NCBI RefSeq assembly: GCF_001194135.2
Contig: NC_068990.1
Span: forward strand, 16,570,536 to 16,634,535
Direction: 5' to 3'
From: Octopus bimaculoides
Taxonomy: Eukaryota
Length of the DNA: 64,000 bases
Part shown: in pieces, positions 11,151 to 23,063 of the stretch
Numbering within the stretch: the stretch's first letter is position 1
How the letters are laid out: each line of letters opens with the position of its first letter
The notes under the pieces: generated by a model
The model's database searches: none
What the model saw: the letters and a program-made list of their open reading frames with translations, nothing else
What the model was told of the DNA's origin: nothing
Translations under genes and position numbers: made by a program

Positions 11151-12269
11151 ACATGTAGATGTAAGTATGTACATATATGTGTGTATACATGTATATATAT
11201 TCTTTGTATTATATATATATATATATATATATAACATATATACATGTATAAATGTTTGTTTTATGTCATATTATATGTATAAAAACGATTAAACATTAAA
11301 GTGAAAGATTACTCAATACTGTTTAGTAGAGTACGTTTTATCCAAAGAAATGGTTGATAGTGACTTCAATATTTTGACTTGCTCATCGTGTGTGTGTGTA
11401 TGCATGGATGGATGTCTGTGTGTGTGTGTGTGTGTTTGTGTCTACTTGTCTTCAAAACATCTGATAGCTATAAGCAAGCATCAATGTCATACAAACAGTG
11501 CCATATGTTTCTACTCTTCCATGGAAACTCATCCAGCCATGAGGAAATATTACCTTGTTTGGAAACAGGTGAGTGTTGATGTCAGAGGGGGACATCTGGC
11601 TGTTGTATCTCATTGACACTGTTATGTCCTTCTTTGAACTAACTGTATTTGCCACTTTATAACATGGACTTAAAATAATACAAATATTAATCAAAAACTA
11701 ACAATATCTCTTCTCAATGACTTCTACAACTGTCTTCACAAAACACCTGCACACACCTCACTGTCCTTCACTGACAGTGCACATGAACCTTTATACAGTT
11801 TAGGACAGTTGACTTGCTATCCCACAGGGGTATCAGGATTTCACCACAACACTGGCTATAGAAAATCTGCTGCAATGAATTCCATCTGAGCCATACAAGC
11901 ATGTAAAAGTGGAAGTTAAAATGATGATGATGATGAAGAAGAGGAGAAGGAGGGTGGTGATAGTGGTGATGTGCTTGTACATGGCTGGCTTTTCCACTGT
12001 TTCAGTCAGTCAAATTGCACTCACATCAAGCATAGCTACCAGGTTATATGTTTGATATTTCTTTTGCTGTCTCTATTCTAGATGCTTTTTCTAAAAATAA
12101 TGAAAGAAAATTCTGTAAACAGTAATTTGGGCAGGATTGATTTTGAAATACTATCTGTAAGCATTCATGCATGTCTACAAACAATACACACACACACACA
12201 CATTCATATATGTGTGTGTATATATATATGTGTATGTGTATATATATATATGTGTGTGTGTGTATATAT

Positions 12270-12430
12270 ATGTTTCATCATCATCGTTTAACGTCCGCTT
12301 TCCATGCTAGCATGGGTTGGATGATTTGACTGAGGACTGGCAAGCCAGAAGGCTGCACCAGGCTCCAATCTGATCTGGCAGAGTTTCTACAGCTGGATGC
12401 CCTTCCTAATGTCAAAGTCCTTCCTAATGC
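12270..12430 (-). mobile_element. SINE family B ((GAT)n-tailed, RTE-like 3' end)
   Basis: (CAT)nCGTTTAACGTCCGCTTTCCATGCTAGCATGGGTTGG...CTACAGCTGGATGCCCTTCCTAA. Other copies at 15190-15420, 26670-26820, 32460-32630 and 41310-41580. Confidence 0.85.
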
Positions 12431-12441
12431 TAAAATGTTTG

Positions 12442-12474
<33 letters not shown>

Positions 12475-12500
12475 ATGTATATATATATATGTGTGTGTAA

Positions 12501-12541
<41 letters not shown>

Positions 12542-13199
12542 TATACTTGCATATATACACGTGTAATATACGTACACGTGTATACAAATTTATTTATTTA
12601 TTTATGTATGTATTTATCTTATTTACTTATCTATTTCATTATCAACAGCTGTTTGTGTACTCTCAAATTTAAGACCTTTTGAAAGGTTTATAGTGACAAA
12701 TAATTGCAGTATGTAGTATACATATTATATATTAAGATCTAATTATTGATTTGAAAAGTATAAGTGTAATAGATAAAGTAATGATAGTCTGAATAGAGCA
12801 GGAGGTTCCTATCTAGGTTTAGATTTTTCATTGCATAAATATGACCAAAATCTTTATGAATTTCTTTTCTGTTTTGTTGTTGGTTATCCATATTTAGAGC
12901 AACACCAAACTATTAACATCTTTTGAAGTCACCCTGGTACTGATGAGGATTTCAGCAGTCTGGTGAATGTGGTAATCCTTTGGAATTCGGAATCATAAAA
13001 AATAAAATGACTATCCCTTGGTATAGAGTAAAGTGCTTGAGTGTGTGTGTGTGTGTGTGTGTGTTGACTTTAAGTGCAGGTATGAACAGATTTTGTATAT
13101 GTAACCAGGATTTTGAGGGCCAAAGAAGTGTATTATATTTGTCCTTTTTGTGAAAGATTTCTTATTCATCTAAAGATCTGTGTCTGGCCTTCACAAACT

Positions 13200-13720
13200 T
13201 TTCTACATATCGAACATGGCCATTTCCTGGATAACAGCAGAAACAAGATTCTTCTTTCTTTTAACTTAAACCTTTGTCTTTACTGAATTTACAACCAACT
13301 ATTAAGATATTAGGTGACTGGTTTTGGTTTCCTGAAATTGATGTTCCAAATAGAACTCTAAGAGCTTTAACCCTTCTTCATTTCTTCTATTATCTTCATA
13401 ACCTCCATGTACATCAAAGTTTCCATCATGGTGTTTCTCAACATGTCTGTGAAAGTCACCAGCTATAATAACAAAGTCATTGTCATGTGTTATCAAGATT
13501 ATCTGGAAGAGGGCCTCATAAAAACAGTGCTTTTTCTCATCTGCCAGTCTTGCATATTCAGAGATCACTGTTGCTATCATGTTGCTGATGATGTGTTTAA
13601 ACTTAATTAGTCTGTCACATCCTCAAACAGTTTCAGTTATTTTATCCATTTTCTGTAAAGGCTTTCTAATTTATCTAAAGATCTATGTCTGGTCTTCACA
13701 AACCTCTCTTATTTATATGC
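13200..13720 (-). mobile_element. Degenerate RTE LINE (APE endonuclease region)
   Basis: Minus ORF 13302-13580 DEKKHCFYEAL...FVIIAGDFHRHVEKHHDG...VHGGY...RNEEGLKLLEF. Paralogous to 9770-10680. Confidence 0.85.
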
Positions 13721-15189
13721 TGAAGAAGAATGTTGTGTTGAGTGTGGCTGCTTGTGTAGATCAGTTTTTTCTCAATCGTTTTTAACTTTGTGGTGCACTA
13801 GGGACCAATCAAAAAATCTGGTACATTTTGGAAAGCACAAATCAATAACTATGTTTTACAGTTAAAATATGGAAAATAGTAAGATAAATGTATGAAAAAC
13901 CTTTGAGCAATGCGAGAAGTTAATGAAAGCACATAAGATAATGTCATTGAATGAGAACAAAGTTATTGTCTTAACCTTACATACAATGTTAACGATCAGC
14001 GTGTTGTGCCAATATGTTATGGTCAAGCTATCATGAATTTGTTTGTGTGTAACTGTGATTGGCTGAGATAAGTAGTGTCAGCAGCAGCAGGTGATATGGT
14101 GTGACAACAACAACAGCAGTAGGTAACATAGCATGACAAATTAGTGTGGATGTGTAATGGGGTACTGGGAAAGGCCAATGAGCAATAGATTGACTTTAAG
14201 GTGAAAATAGCAGGTAACAAAAATATATTGAAAACTATTGATTATCTTGTCTTATTAATGATACTGAGTATAAGACACTCAGACATTTTCCAGATACTCA
14301 AGCTTTATATTTATAAATTTAAAGATTGTTGTATACCTAGATACCCACTGCAATACAGTGTTTCAGAACCTTTAATGTGAACTATCTTCATGTGTTCTGT
14401 AATTGTGTTTAGCAAGTCTATATTTGTCAGTTCATTGTGTCATATATTATGTTACTTTATAAAAGCCAAGCCACAATCAAGACTCACAAGCAAGTATGAC
14501 TTAAGTAACCTGTATTATGCTTTTGCTAATGGTTTTAAGTGTCTGTGTTTTCATAAGTAGACATAAGACACCCTCTTGACTTTCCTAACCTTTAACCCAG
14601 CAGCACATCCAGGATGTGAAGTGAGAAAGAGAGAGAGCTGCTTTAGCACTTCAGCTGGTATTCATTTCAGCTGAATATACTGAAGCAACATGAAACAAAA
14701 GTGCCTTGTTCAAGGACGGTGTACTGCTCAGTACAGGAATTGAACCCATGTTGTTATGATTATCAGCCCAAACACCATAACCACTTGACCATATGTCTTC
14801 ACATGTTAATCTACACAAACTCTCTATGATTTCATGATTTGATTAATCAGATAAGGGAGATAAGTGTCCACCACCATTTGAAGGATCTTCAGATTAGTAA
14901 GAAGGAAGAAGATTATTTTTAGACTTTGGATCTTGTTAAAATGTTTGCAACAGAGTGAGACATGGTAAAGGTATCAAATGTCCGGGTTTTGATATTAGGA
15001 CAAGCGACAATAATCACAGATATGTCCATGATTGAAAAAAAAAAAAAAAAAGGTGGGAAAATCACTTCTAAAGTATCTTTGATCAAAAGTCTAAACAGCA
15101 ACTTTATATAAGATTTTCTTTTTCTCTCTTTATACATAGGTTGTGATGTTAAACCTGTCACCCTGTATTATGGGTGACCAAGTCACACT

Positions 15190-15420
15190 GTTTTAATATA
15201 CTTGACCTTGACCGCCTGACTGGCCTTCGTGCGGGTGACACGTAAAAGCACCCCCTACACTCTCAGAGTGGTTGGCGTTAGGAAGGGCATCCAGCTGTAG
15301 AAACTGCCAAATCAGATTGGAGCCTGGTGTAGCCATCCGGTTTCACCAGTCCTCAGTCAAATCGTCCAACCCATGCTAGCATGGAAAGCGGACGTTAAAC
15401 GATGATGATGATGATGATGA
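15190..15420 (+). mobile_element. SINE family B, young copy
   Basis: Near-consensus copy ending GGAAAGCGGACGTTAAAC(GAT)n. Retains CpGs although it lies in the CpG-poor zone. Confidence 0.85.
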
Positions 15421-16261
15421 CCTGGCTTTCTGTCAGTTTCACCTATGAGTGTTCCTGTTGATGCAATCAACAGAACAGCCTGCTCATCAAATGAACGCAC
15501 AAGTGGCTGAGCACTCCACTGATACATATCTTTAATGTAGTTCTGTGGGGGATTCACTGTGATACAGAAAGTGACAAAGTAGGCCCCTTTGAATTATAGG
15601 TACAACTCACTTTTGCTAGCTGAGTGGACTGAAACAATGTGAAATAAAGTGTCTTGCTCAAGGACACACTGCATCACCAGGAATCAAACTTGTAACCTTA
15701 AGATTGTGAGCTGAATACCCTAACCACTAAGCCATACTCCTCCATTTTAATGTACTTATGTCCTCTGTATAATCATTTTTTTAAACTGTATTAATCTACC
15801 AGAGTCTTCTACATACACAAGGTGATTGTGTTGTGGTCTTCAATGTAGAAACCACATGGCTGTGTCATTTTTGTTCTCATACATACTCCACTCCTCTACA
15901 TTTGATGGATCACTGTATTGTATTAATGTACCATTGCCATATCATAGTATTAACCTCATTATTCAGTTTATAATCCATGCACACTGCAATTTCCATTAAT
16001 CTCAGCTTAGAGGCAAAAGTATAAATTCACTAACCAAAATAACTTACATATTAACTTCCTAAATAAGAAGCAAACAAGGAAGATTCTATGTAACATCCAA
16101 CCAGATAGAAACAATAGTTAAATTTCTCTCAAACCACACATTACCTTCTTAAATTATGGAAGGATATATTGGATAATGTAATCCAACATACACTATGAAT
16201 GTTAAGAAAAACATGGAGTAGTGTCTTATGGAACATACACATTTTTCATCATAGATCTGTT

Positions 16262-16511
16262 TAGGGCTGCGGAGTCGGAAACAGTTAAGGGGGAGTCGAA
16301 GTTGGAGTCAGTATAGTATTACCAACTCACAGTATCTTTATTCTTTAATATAAACCAGTTATAACATATAGGCCTACTCAAAGTACAAGTGTATGCATAT
16401 GCTTTATGAGATCATAATTACTTAATTACATAAAGAGGAGTTGGAGTCGGAGGTGCCAATGGTGGAGGAGGAGGAGGAGTCGAAGTTTTTTGTTTCGACT
16501 CCACAGCCCTG
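16262..16511. mobile_element. hAT-like MITE
   Basis: TIRs TAGGGCTGCGGAGTCG / CGACTCCACAGCCCTG, internal GGAGTC(G) repeats, and a degenerate 8-bp TSD GATCTGTT / GATTTGCT. Confidence 0.7.
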
Positions 16512-17357
16512 GATTTGCTGGATCAGAGCTGACTCAGGTCTAAACAACAACTTTATACAAGATTTTTTTTGTTGTTTTTGTTTTATATCTATTGCTTCAT
16601 GGCTACAATTGGTTAGATGATTCTTACCGAGTTTTCAACATAAATTATAGGAATTTAAAACAAGAGTTTAAAAAAATCTCAGTATTCTTTTTATTGTTAA
16701 TCATATCATTTTACCTCCTTTCATTAACCAGTGCTCATAGCTTTTCATGCTTTCAAAACTGGGAGACAGCCATAAATGAGTGATGTTACTGAATGATTAA
16801 AGTTTGGTTTCATTTGTTGAGTTCCTCTGTTTAAATTTGCACTAATTGAAGTAATCATCATTTTAGTTCTTAGGTATCTCTCTTCTATAAGATATAGTAA
16901 CCTTCACATCAGCTTACAACTATATATTCCATCATCTGTGATTGTCTCCAGATCCACTCACAATTTCAAAATTCATTTGTTGAAGTAAAGATAGCACTTC
17001 CTCAATCGAAACTTACTTTTATAAAGAAAAAAATTGGCAAATTTTATATTCTACATGTATTGAATACTTTGCCAGTAATGTTTGAAAGTCTTTTTGTATA
17101 AATATATATAAAAACCACACATTTGTGTGTGTGTGTGTGTACTACATGATATAGTTTTAATATATATTTGTCACATATATTATAGGTGTGCATGTTTGTG
17201 CGCCATTACATTAAAAATGTCCTATTGCTATATTTCCAGATCACTCACCATGCACCACAATATCAGTTCTACTGATGCCTTACTCAGTAGAGTTTCACAA
17301 CAACTCAATGAAAACAGAAAGTCTACCAAGAGCAATGATGATCTGCAGGTATTTGCT

Positions 17358-17573
17358 TTAACTCTTTTGATACCAATCCACCCATGACTATCCTCTGGTT
17401 CTTGCTTTAAAGTGATTTGAATTAAAATCTTCCATTGAAATTTCATGTTAGTTTATGTTTCAATTACAGGATTAGTAATGACAAAGTTATTTTACTAAAT
17501 TCTTCATTATTTTCAAAATTAATTGAAACAAAGGTAATGTATTTCAACAGAAGTATGTTATCAAAAGGGTTAA
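17358..17573. mobile_element. piggyBac-like MITE
   Basis: TTAA-CTCTTTTGATACCA ... TGTTATCAAAAGGG-TTAA. Relatives at ~17678-17800, ~33020-33150 and 33149-33335. Confidence 0.7.
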
Positions 17574-18479
17574 GTAGACCTTATGGGCAAAAGCATCTCA
17601 GCCATGACCATCCATCATTTTTTATTTAATAACAGTAAATTCTTGACGATATCATCCAGTGATGGTAGGGTGGGATTTAACCATTTTGATACTAATACAC
17701 CTGAGACCACCCCTAGTTCTATGTTACACATACCGTGTTTTAAAGTGATCTAACTTAAAACTTTCCATCAAAATTTCATTAATTCACATTCCAAATACTA
17801 GATTAACCCATAAAGCACTGGCACTTGCACTTACATAGCATGGACTACTGAGCATATTTTATGAAAATGAGACTACCATGCACACATAAAAAACAAAAAA
17901 TAGTTAAAATATCTTAGTATATAATGGTGGCAAGTTTTACATAATCTGAAAAGTCATTAGTTGAACTATTAGGTCTCTTGTATTGTGGTGGGTATCAGAG
18001 TATTTGAGTGAAATCACACCCCAACAAATGTCCATAAATTAAATGCATCTATTTGGGCCACAATCATGGCTTGTCGACCTGTGCCTGACGTTGTGTTTTA
18101 TGTGTTAATAAAGACAAAATTGTTTTACTAAACTCTTAATTATCAAAAAAATTAATTGAAATAATGGCAGTGTAATTTAATCAAAATATGACAAAAAGGT
18201 TGAAAATATTGGTCCTATTTAACTAGGGTCCTTGTTTGTTAAAAGGATTATATTTTTGGAAAGAATGGTTTTAACTGATTAAGTTGCTTTCTTGTGGTTA
18301 TATTCATTTACAAAACCCAAGAAATTTTCACAGATTCTGTAGAAATAATAATTATTAAATTTCACTGTAATTATACTATCATAACTAGAGGAGAAATTTC
18401 AACTACCAGAACTAGAGAAGAAATTTCAGGTATAGAAGCAAGGTCTGGGATCAAAGGGCCTTCAAGTTAACAAAGAAAA

Positions 18480-19230
18480 AAAAACCAAAGTATTGATATG
18501 TAGGAAAACAGACAAATTGCAGATACCTTCAGGGAGATGGCCCTGCTCAATATGTAGAAAAGGTGTTGGGAGAAACTCCATAAGGTGTACCCAGTGCAAG
18601 CTATGGACACAAAAGGTGCAGTGGTATCACTGGACGACTAAGAGAAAGTAGTTTTTAAGTGTGGCAGATGTACAGGTACATTAAACACCAGGAACATATG
18701 AAAAATAGACTCCTTCCTATGTCAGGTAGGATCCCTAGAAATAGTAGACAGCTTCCATTACTTGGGTGACCAAGTGGTTGTTCTGAAAGCATAGTTGCTA
18801 GAATAAGTATGAGCTGGGTAAAATTCATAGAGCTACTACCTCTGTTAGCCATGAAGGGCCTCTCCTGCAGAATAAAAGGCAGATTGTATGATGCCTGTAT
18901 ACAAGCAGTTATGCTACATGGCAGTGAAACATGGGCTGTAACTACTGAGAATATATGAAGACTTGAAAGAAATGAACCCAGTATGCTTCACTGGATGGGT
19001 AATGTCAGTGTGCATATACGACAGAGTTTAAGCTTATACATAACATCAGAAGTAGTGTGCAAGAGAGAAGACTGCATTGAAATGGCTGTGTAATGTTTAT
19101 GAAGGAAGACAGTTGCATCAAGGGGTGCCAATCTCTAATTATAGATGGAACATTTGGAAGGAGATAGACCCAGGAAGATGTGGGATGAAGAGGTGAGAAA
19201 TGATCTACAAACATAAAAACACCCATGCTG
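18480..19230 (+). mobile_element. Degenerate RTE LINE (RT C-terminal region)
   Basis: Translates with frameshifts to VDSFHYLGDQ...SESIVARIR...WVKF.ELLPLL..KGL....KGRLYDAC....MLHGSETW, then an RPRK.W motif. Confidence 0.85.
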
Positions 19231-19494
19231 GTGCTGCATAAAAGCACCCAGTACACTCTGTAAAGTGGTTGGCATCCAGCCATAGGAACCATGCCAAAAC
19301 AAATACGGAACCTGAACAGCCCTTCAGCTGGTCAGCTCCTGTCAAACTGTCCAATCCATGCCAGCATGGAAAACGGACATTAAATGTTGATGATGTACAC
19401 CTTAAACTTTGTGACAATGTATTTTGTTTATGTTTTTATTATAGAATACAATTGCAATTCATTGATTCATTATATTTTTATTCTTACATTTTAG

Positions 19495-20095
19495 AACTAT
19501 TTAAATTCCCTGAAGAAACAAACCAAAGGTGGTACTGTAACATTCAAAGACATCAGTGATATTTCTTTCTCCAGTGAAGAGACAAGCATTGATATCTCTG
19601 ACTCAAGTAAGCAGGATGTTCAGGAGAAATTTTTTAAAAAGGACTTAAATTTTCGAAACAATTCATTTATAAAACCATCACCTAATCTATCCATTATGAA
19701 ACGGAGTCAAACTGATGAGCTGTTAAATTCGAAATCTTTTGATTCAGAAATTGGTAACCTCACACCTTCATTTCAAAAAGAAAAAAGCTCAGCACAGACT
19801 TCAAGTGCATTGGAGAGAGCTTCTAAACTGTTTGCCAAATTTGGAAAAAAATCTTCTGATATTGGTAGATCCTCTGGAGTGAAGTTACATAAAAATGATA
19901 ATGAAAGTAGCTCTGGGAAATTACAGAATGACAGAAAGAACTACAGTCATGATCTTGACAGATCTACATCAGATGACAATATTGGCAAAAGTGGTCGACG
20001 TTTTCTAAAGCCACAGTTATCCAAAGAATCATACAGTGGTGTTCTATCAGCTGTTACAGACAAAGAATCAGAAAAAAAATCTGAATTAAAAACAG
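19495..20095 (+). CDS. C19orf44: C19orf44/DUF4614 homolog, first identifiable coding exon
   Basis: Acceptor ttcttacattttAG|AAC and donor ACAG|gttagt. Open for 601 nt: NYLNSLKKQTKGGTVTFKDISDISFSSEE...SGRRFLKPQ...ELKT. Ser/Lys-rich; FKDISDIS resembles the N-terminal FGDFSDVS of human C19orf44 as I recall it. Confidence 0.8.
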
Positions 20096-20330
20096 GTTAG
20101 TTGAATTGATTCACTTTGAAATGATTGATATCAAGTGTTTTGTTGGATTTATTTTTCTTATATTTATAATTGCAAGCATGGATGGCTTTGTGGTTAAGAT
20201 GTTTGCTTTGGAACTATGTTGTTAGCGGTTCAGTTCATTGTATGGATGGTTTTGGCTAATGTTCTGTACTATAGCTGATGGTAAACTAATACTTTGTGAG
20301 TGAAATTGGTAGACAGAAACTGAAAGAAGC

Positions 20331-20364
<34 letters not shown>

Positions 20365-20885
20365 ATGCGTGTGTGTGTGTGTGTGTATGAGTATGCATAC
20401 ATGTGTTTGTGTGAGCTATTTTGTACTTTCTTGTCTTACACATATTTGCTAACTTGTAATCGCTTGTAACTTCGTCTGGCTGTTTGTTGTTTGATAGAGG
20501 AAATATTACCTTATTTGGAAATAGATAAAGGTTGGTGACAAGAAGAGCATCTAGCTGTTGAAAATCTGCCTCAAAAAATTCTGTTTCACCCATGCAGGCA
20601 TGGAAAAGTAGATGTTAAAACGATGATGATATGTGTTTTGTTTGTTTACCATTTCTTCTGAAACTGTTATCATTGTCACTACAGAGGAATCTTTAGGCAA
20701 CTCGAATGATGCAGTCATCACTGCTGTCTTTCTTTACTTGACTTATATGTCTGATTTCTGTCCCCCTTTTTAATCTTTTCTGATGAGTTTTAGTGCACCT
20801 CAGCACTGTCTACAATAAGCTGCACAAACTCTTGTTTCATTGTTCATTCCAAGCGAGAGAATAATCTTCCCTCAAGTATATATAC

Positions 20886-20947
<62 letters not shown>

Positions 20948-21037
20948 TCATGACTAATTCTAATGATTTCTGGCCTTGTCTTATTTGGCAAGCATTAGAT
21001 TTCCACCATTCTTTCATGTTGTCATGTTGTATTCCAG

Positions 21038-21162
21038 AAAGTGTCAAAGAAGTCTCACATAGTTACTCTGGTGTGACGTCAGGTGATGAAAGTCTGGCAG
21101 AGTTTATTGGTAGACTTGAATCTCCAAGTGAAGTGACTCATGAAGATGTCCCAAAGGAACTT
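21038..21162 (+). CDS. C19orf44: C19orf44/DUF4614 homolog exon
   Basis: ttgtattccAG|AA (phase 1, matches upstream donor) and CTT|gtaagt (phase 0). Encodes ESVKEVSHSYSGVTSGDESLAEFIGRLESPSEVTHEDVPKEL. Confidence 0.85.
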
Positions 21163-21349
21163 GTAAGTTAATCTGTGAGATAGATCTTAAATCTCTCTTC
21201 TCTGTCTTGCAGAGTATATTTCTAGTTTCTCTTTGCCTTATAAACATTATTATTATTATTATTTGATGAAAACTCTCAGCTTTTGTTGAGTATGATGGAA
21301 AGTGTCAGCTGTCCACAGTAAGTAGACTAAGGTATCACTTGTTTACTGG

Positions 21350-21715
21350 TCATGCTTCAAGAACCTTGCAAAGAATTCTTGCAGTTCCAAGCCATGCTGA
21401 TTTTTGCAGGTGTTCTACCTTCACGCTTGTACCAATCTTTTTGAGCCATGTTGGTAGTTGAGTGCTGATACTTCCAAGTGTGCCAATTACTATTGGTATC
21501 ATGTCTACTCTGCTCATTGACCACAACCTTCGTATTTCCCATTTCAAATTGTTGTAGTTGTTCAGTTTTTTTTCCTTCTTTCTCTTTGATCCTGTTGTCA
21601 CTGGGGCATGCTATGTTGATTATCATGCATGTTCTTTCATTTTTATTCACCACAACAATGTCTGGTCAGATGATCACACTGAGTCATTGCGTTACACAGA
21701 ATTTTGAAACTTTGG
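21350..21715 (-). mobile_element. R4/Dong-like non-LTR retrotransposon 3' fragment (REL endonuclease)
   Basis: IINIACPSDNRIKEKE..KK...LKWEIRRLWSMSRVDMIPIVIGTLG...LQKSAWLGTARILCKVLEA* across frameshifts. Confidence 0.85.
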
Positions 21716-21827
21716 AAAGCGGACGTTAAACGATGATGATGATGATGATGATGATGGTGATTTCTGAGCTTTGCTCACACCAAGGCTTTGTAGGCTGTGA
21801 TTTCCACAGAGCTCCCAATTATCATCA

Positions 21828-21875
<48 letters not shown>

Positions 21876-22199
21876 AGGATGCATAGCCTAGTAGTTAGGG
21901 TGTTGCACACATAATCATGAGACTGTGGTTTCAATTCCTAGACTGGGCAGTGTGTTGTGTTCTTGAGCAAAACACTTCATTGTGTGTTACTTTGTGATCA
22001 TTTCGACTCCTGATGCGTAGTACACCATGCACCTGTACAGGCAATGTCAATTTGATGGAGGGAGTGAGCTAATGTACACCACATGCATTTGATCATTATA
22101 AACAAAATCATTTGCGCAGGTCATTTAGCAAAAGCTGAACACTCATACGTTATCTTTTACGAGAGAATCCATCATTAATAACAATAATAATAATATTGC

Positions 22200-22410
22200 T
22201 CTAAAATTTTGGCACAAGGCCAGCAATTTTAGGGGAAGGTAAGTTGATTACATCAACCCCAGTGCTTGATTGCTATTTATTTCATCAACCACAAAAAAAT
22301 GAAAGGCAAAGCTGATCTTAGCAGAATTTGAACTCAGAACATAAAGCTAGAAGAAATGCTGCTGAGCATTTTGTCTGGCATATTAATGATTCAGCCAGCT
22401 TGCCACCTGA
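22200..22410 (+). mobile_element. SINE family A, CpG-decayed copy
   Basis: Alignable to 63462-63696, but its core contains no CG; consensus CG positions read TG or CA. Confidence 0.8.
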
Positions 22411-22453
22411 ATAATATTAATAAAAATAATAATGACGACGATGATTCCCAGTT

Positions 22454-22745
22454 AAGTACCTGGACCTAGCCATTGAGTTACAAAGGCTATGGGAAGTGTA
22501 TGTGAAATGTATCCCTGTAGTGACAGGTGGATTAGGAACTATCCTTAAAGAATTGAATAGATAGATAGAGGAAATAGGCATAAAACCTAGTTTAGTGCAG
22601 CTCCAGAAAACAGTATTATTAGAGACAGCTAGGATAGTTAGGAAGGTTCTTAGCATCTAAGGTTACTTGTTACAGCCCTATACAAGGAAGTTTTCTTTTC
22701 CAATAGTTTCATCTGTTGTGCGTGTATGAAATAATAATAATAATA
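22454..22745 (+). mobile_element. R4/Dong-like LINE 3' fragment with (AAT)n tail
   Basis: KYLDLAIELQRLWEVYVKCIPVVTGGLG...LQKTVLLETARIVRKVLSI* with one internal stop, then a short 3' UTR and (AAT)n. Confidence 0.85.
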
Positions 22746-22786
22746 GTAGTAAAAAATAATACTTTAAATTTTCTTTTCTCCACTAG

Positions 22787-23063
22787 AAGCAGAATAAAGA
22801 TTTTCCATCCAAAAATAAATCTTTGCCACACAAGCCACATATCTCCTTTTTACGTGTGCGGAGTCCTTCACCATCTCGTAAGATTTCCACCTCACGTACA
22901 CCCTCACCTGGTGTCAAGTCTTCCATTGAAGATAAGACGGTTGCAGAGTCTTTAACTGCAGAGACAATACCAGAAGAAGAAGATGAAGCAGATGTAGAAG
23001 AAGTTCTCTCTGAAAGCAATGAACAAGAGGACGAGGTGGACTTGAGCGAAGATCTTTCGAGAA
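22787..23063 (+). CDS. C19orf44: C19orf44/DUF4614 homolog exon
   Basis: ttttcttttctccacTAG|AAG (phase 0) and AGA A|gttagt (phase 1). Encodes KQNKDFPSK...RVRSPSPSRKISTSRTPSP...EEEDEADVEE...DLSEDLSR. Confidence 0.85.
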
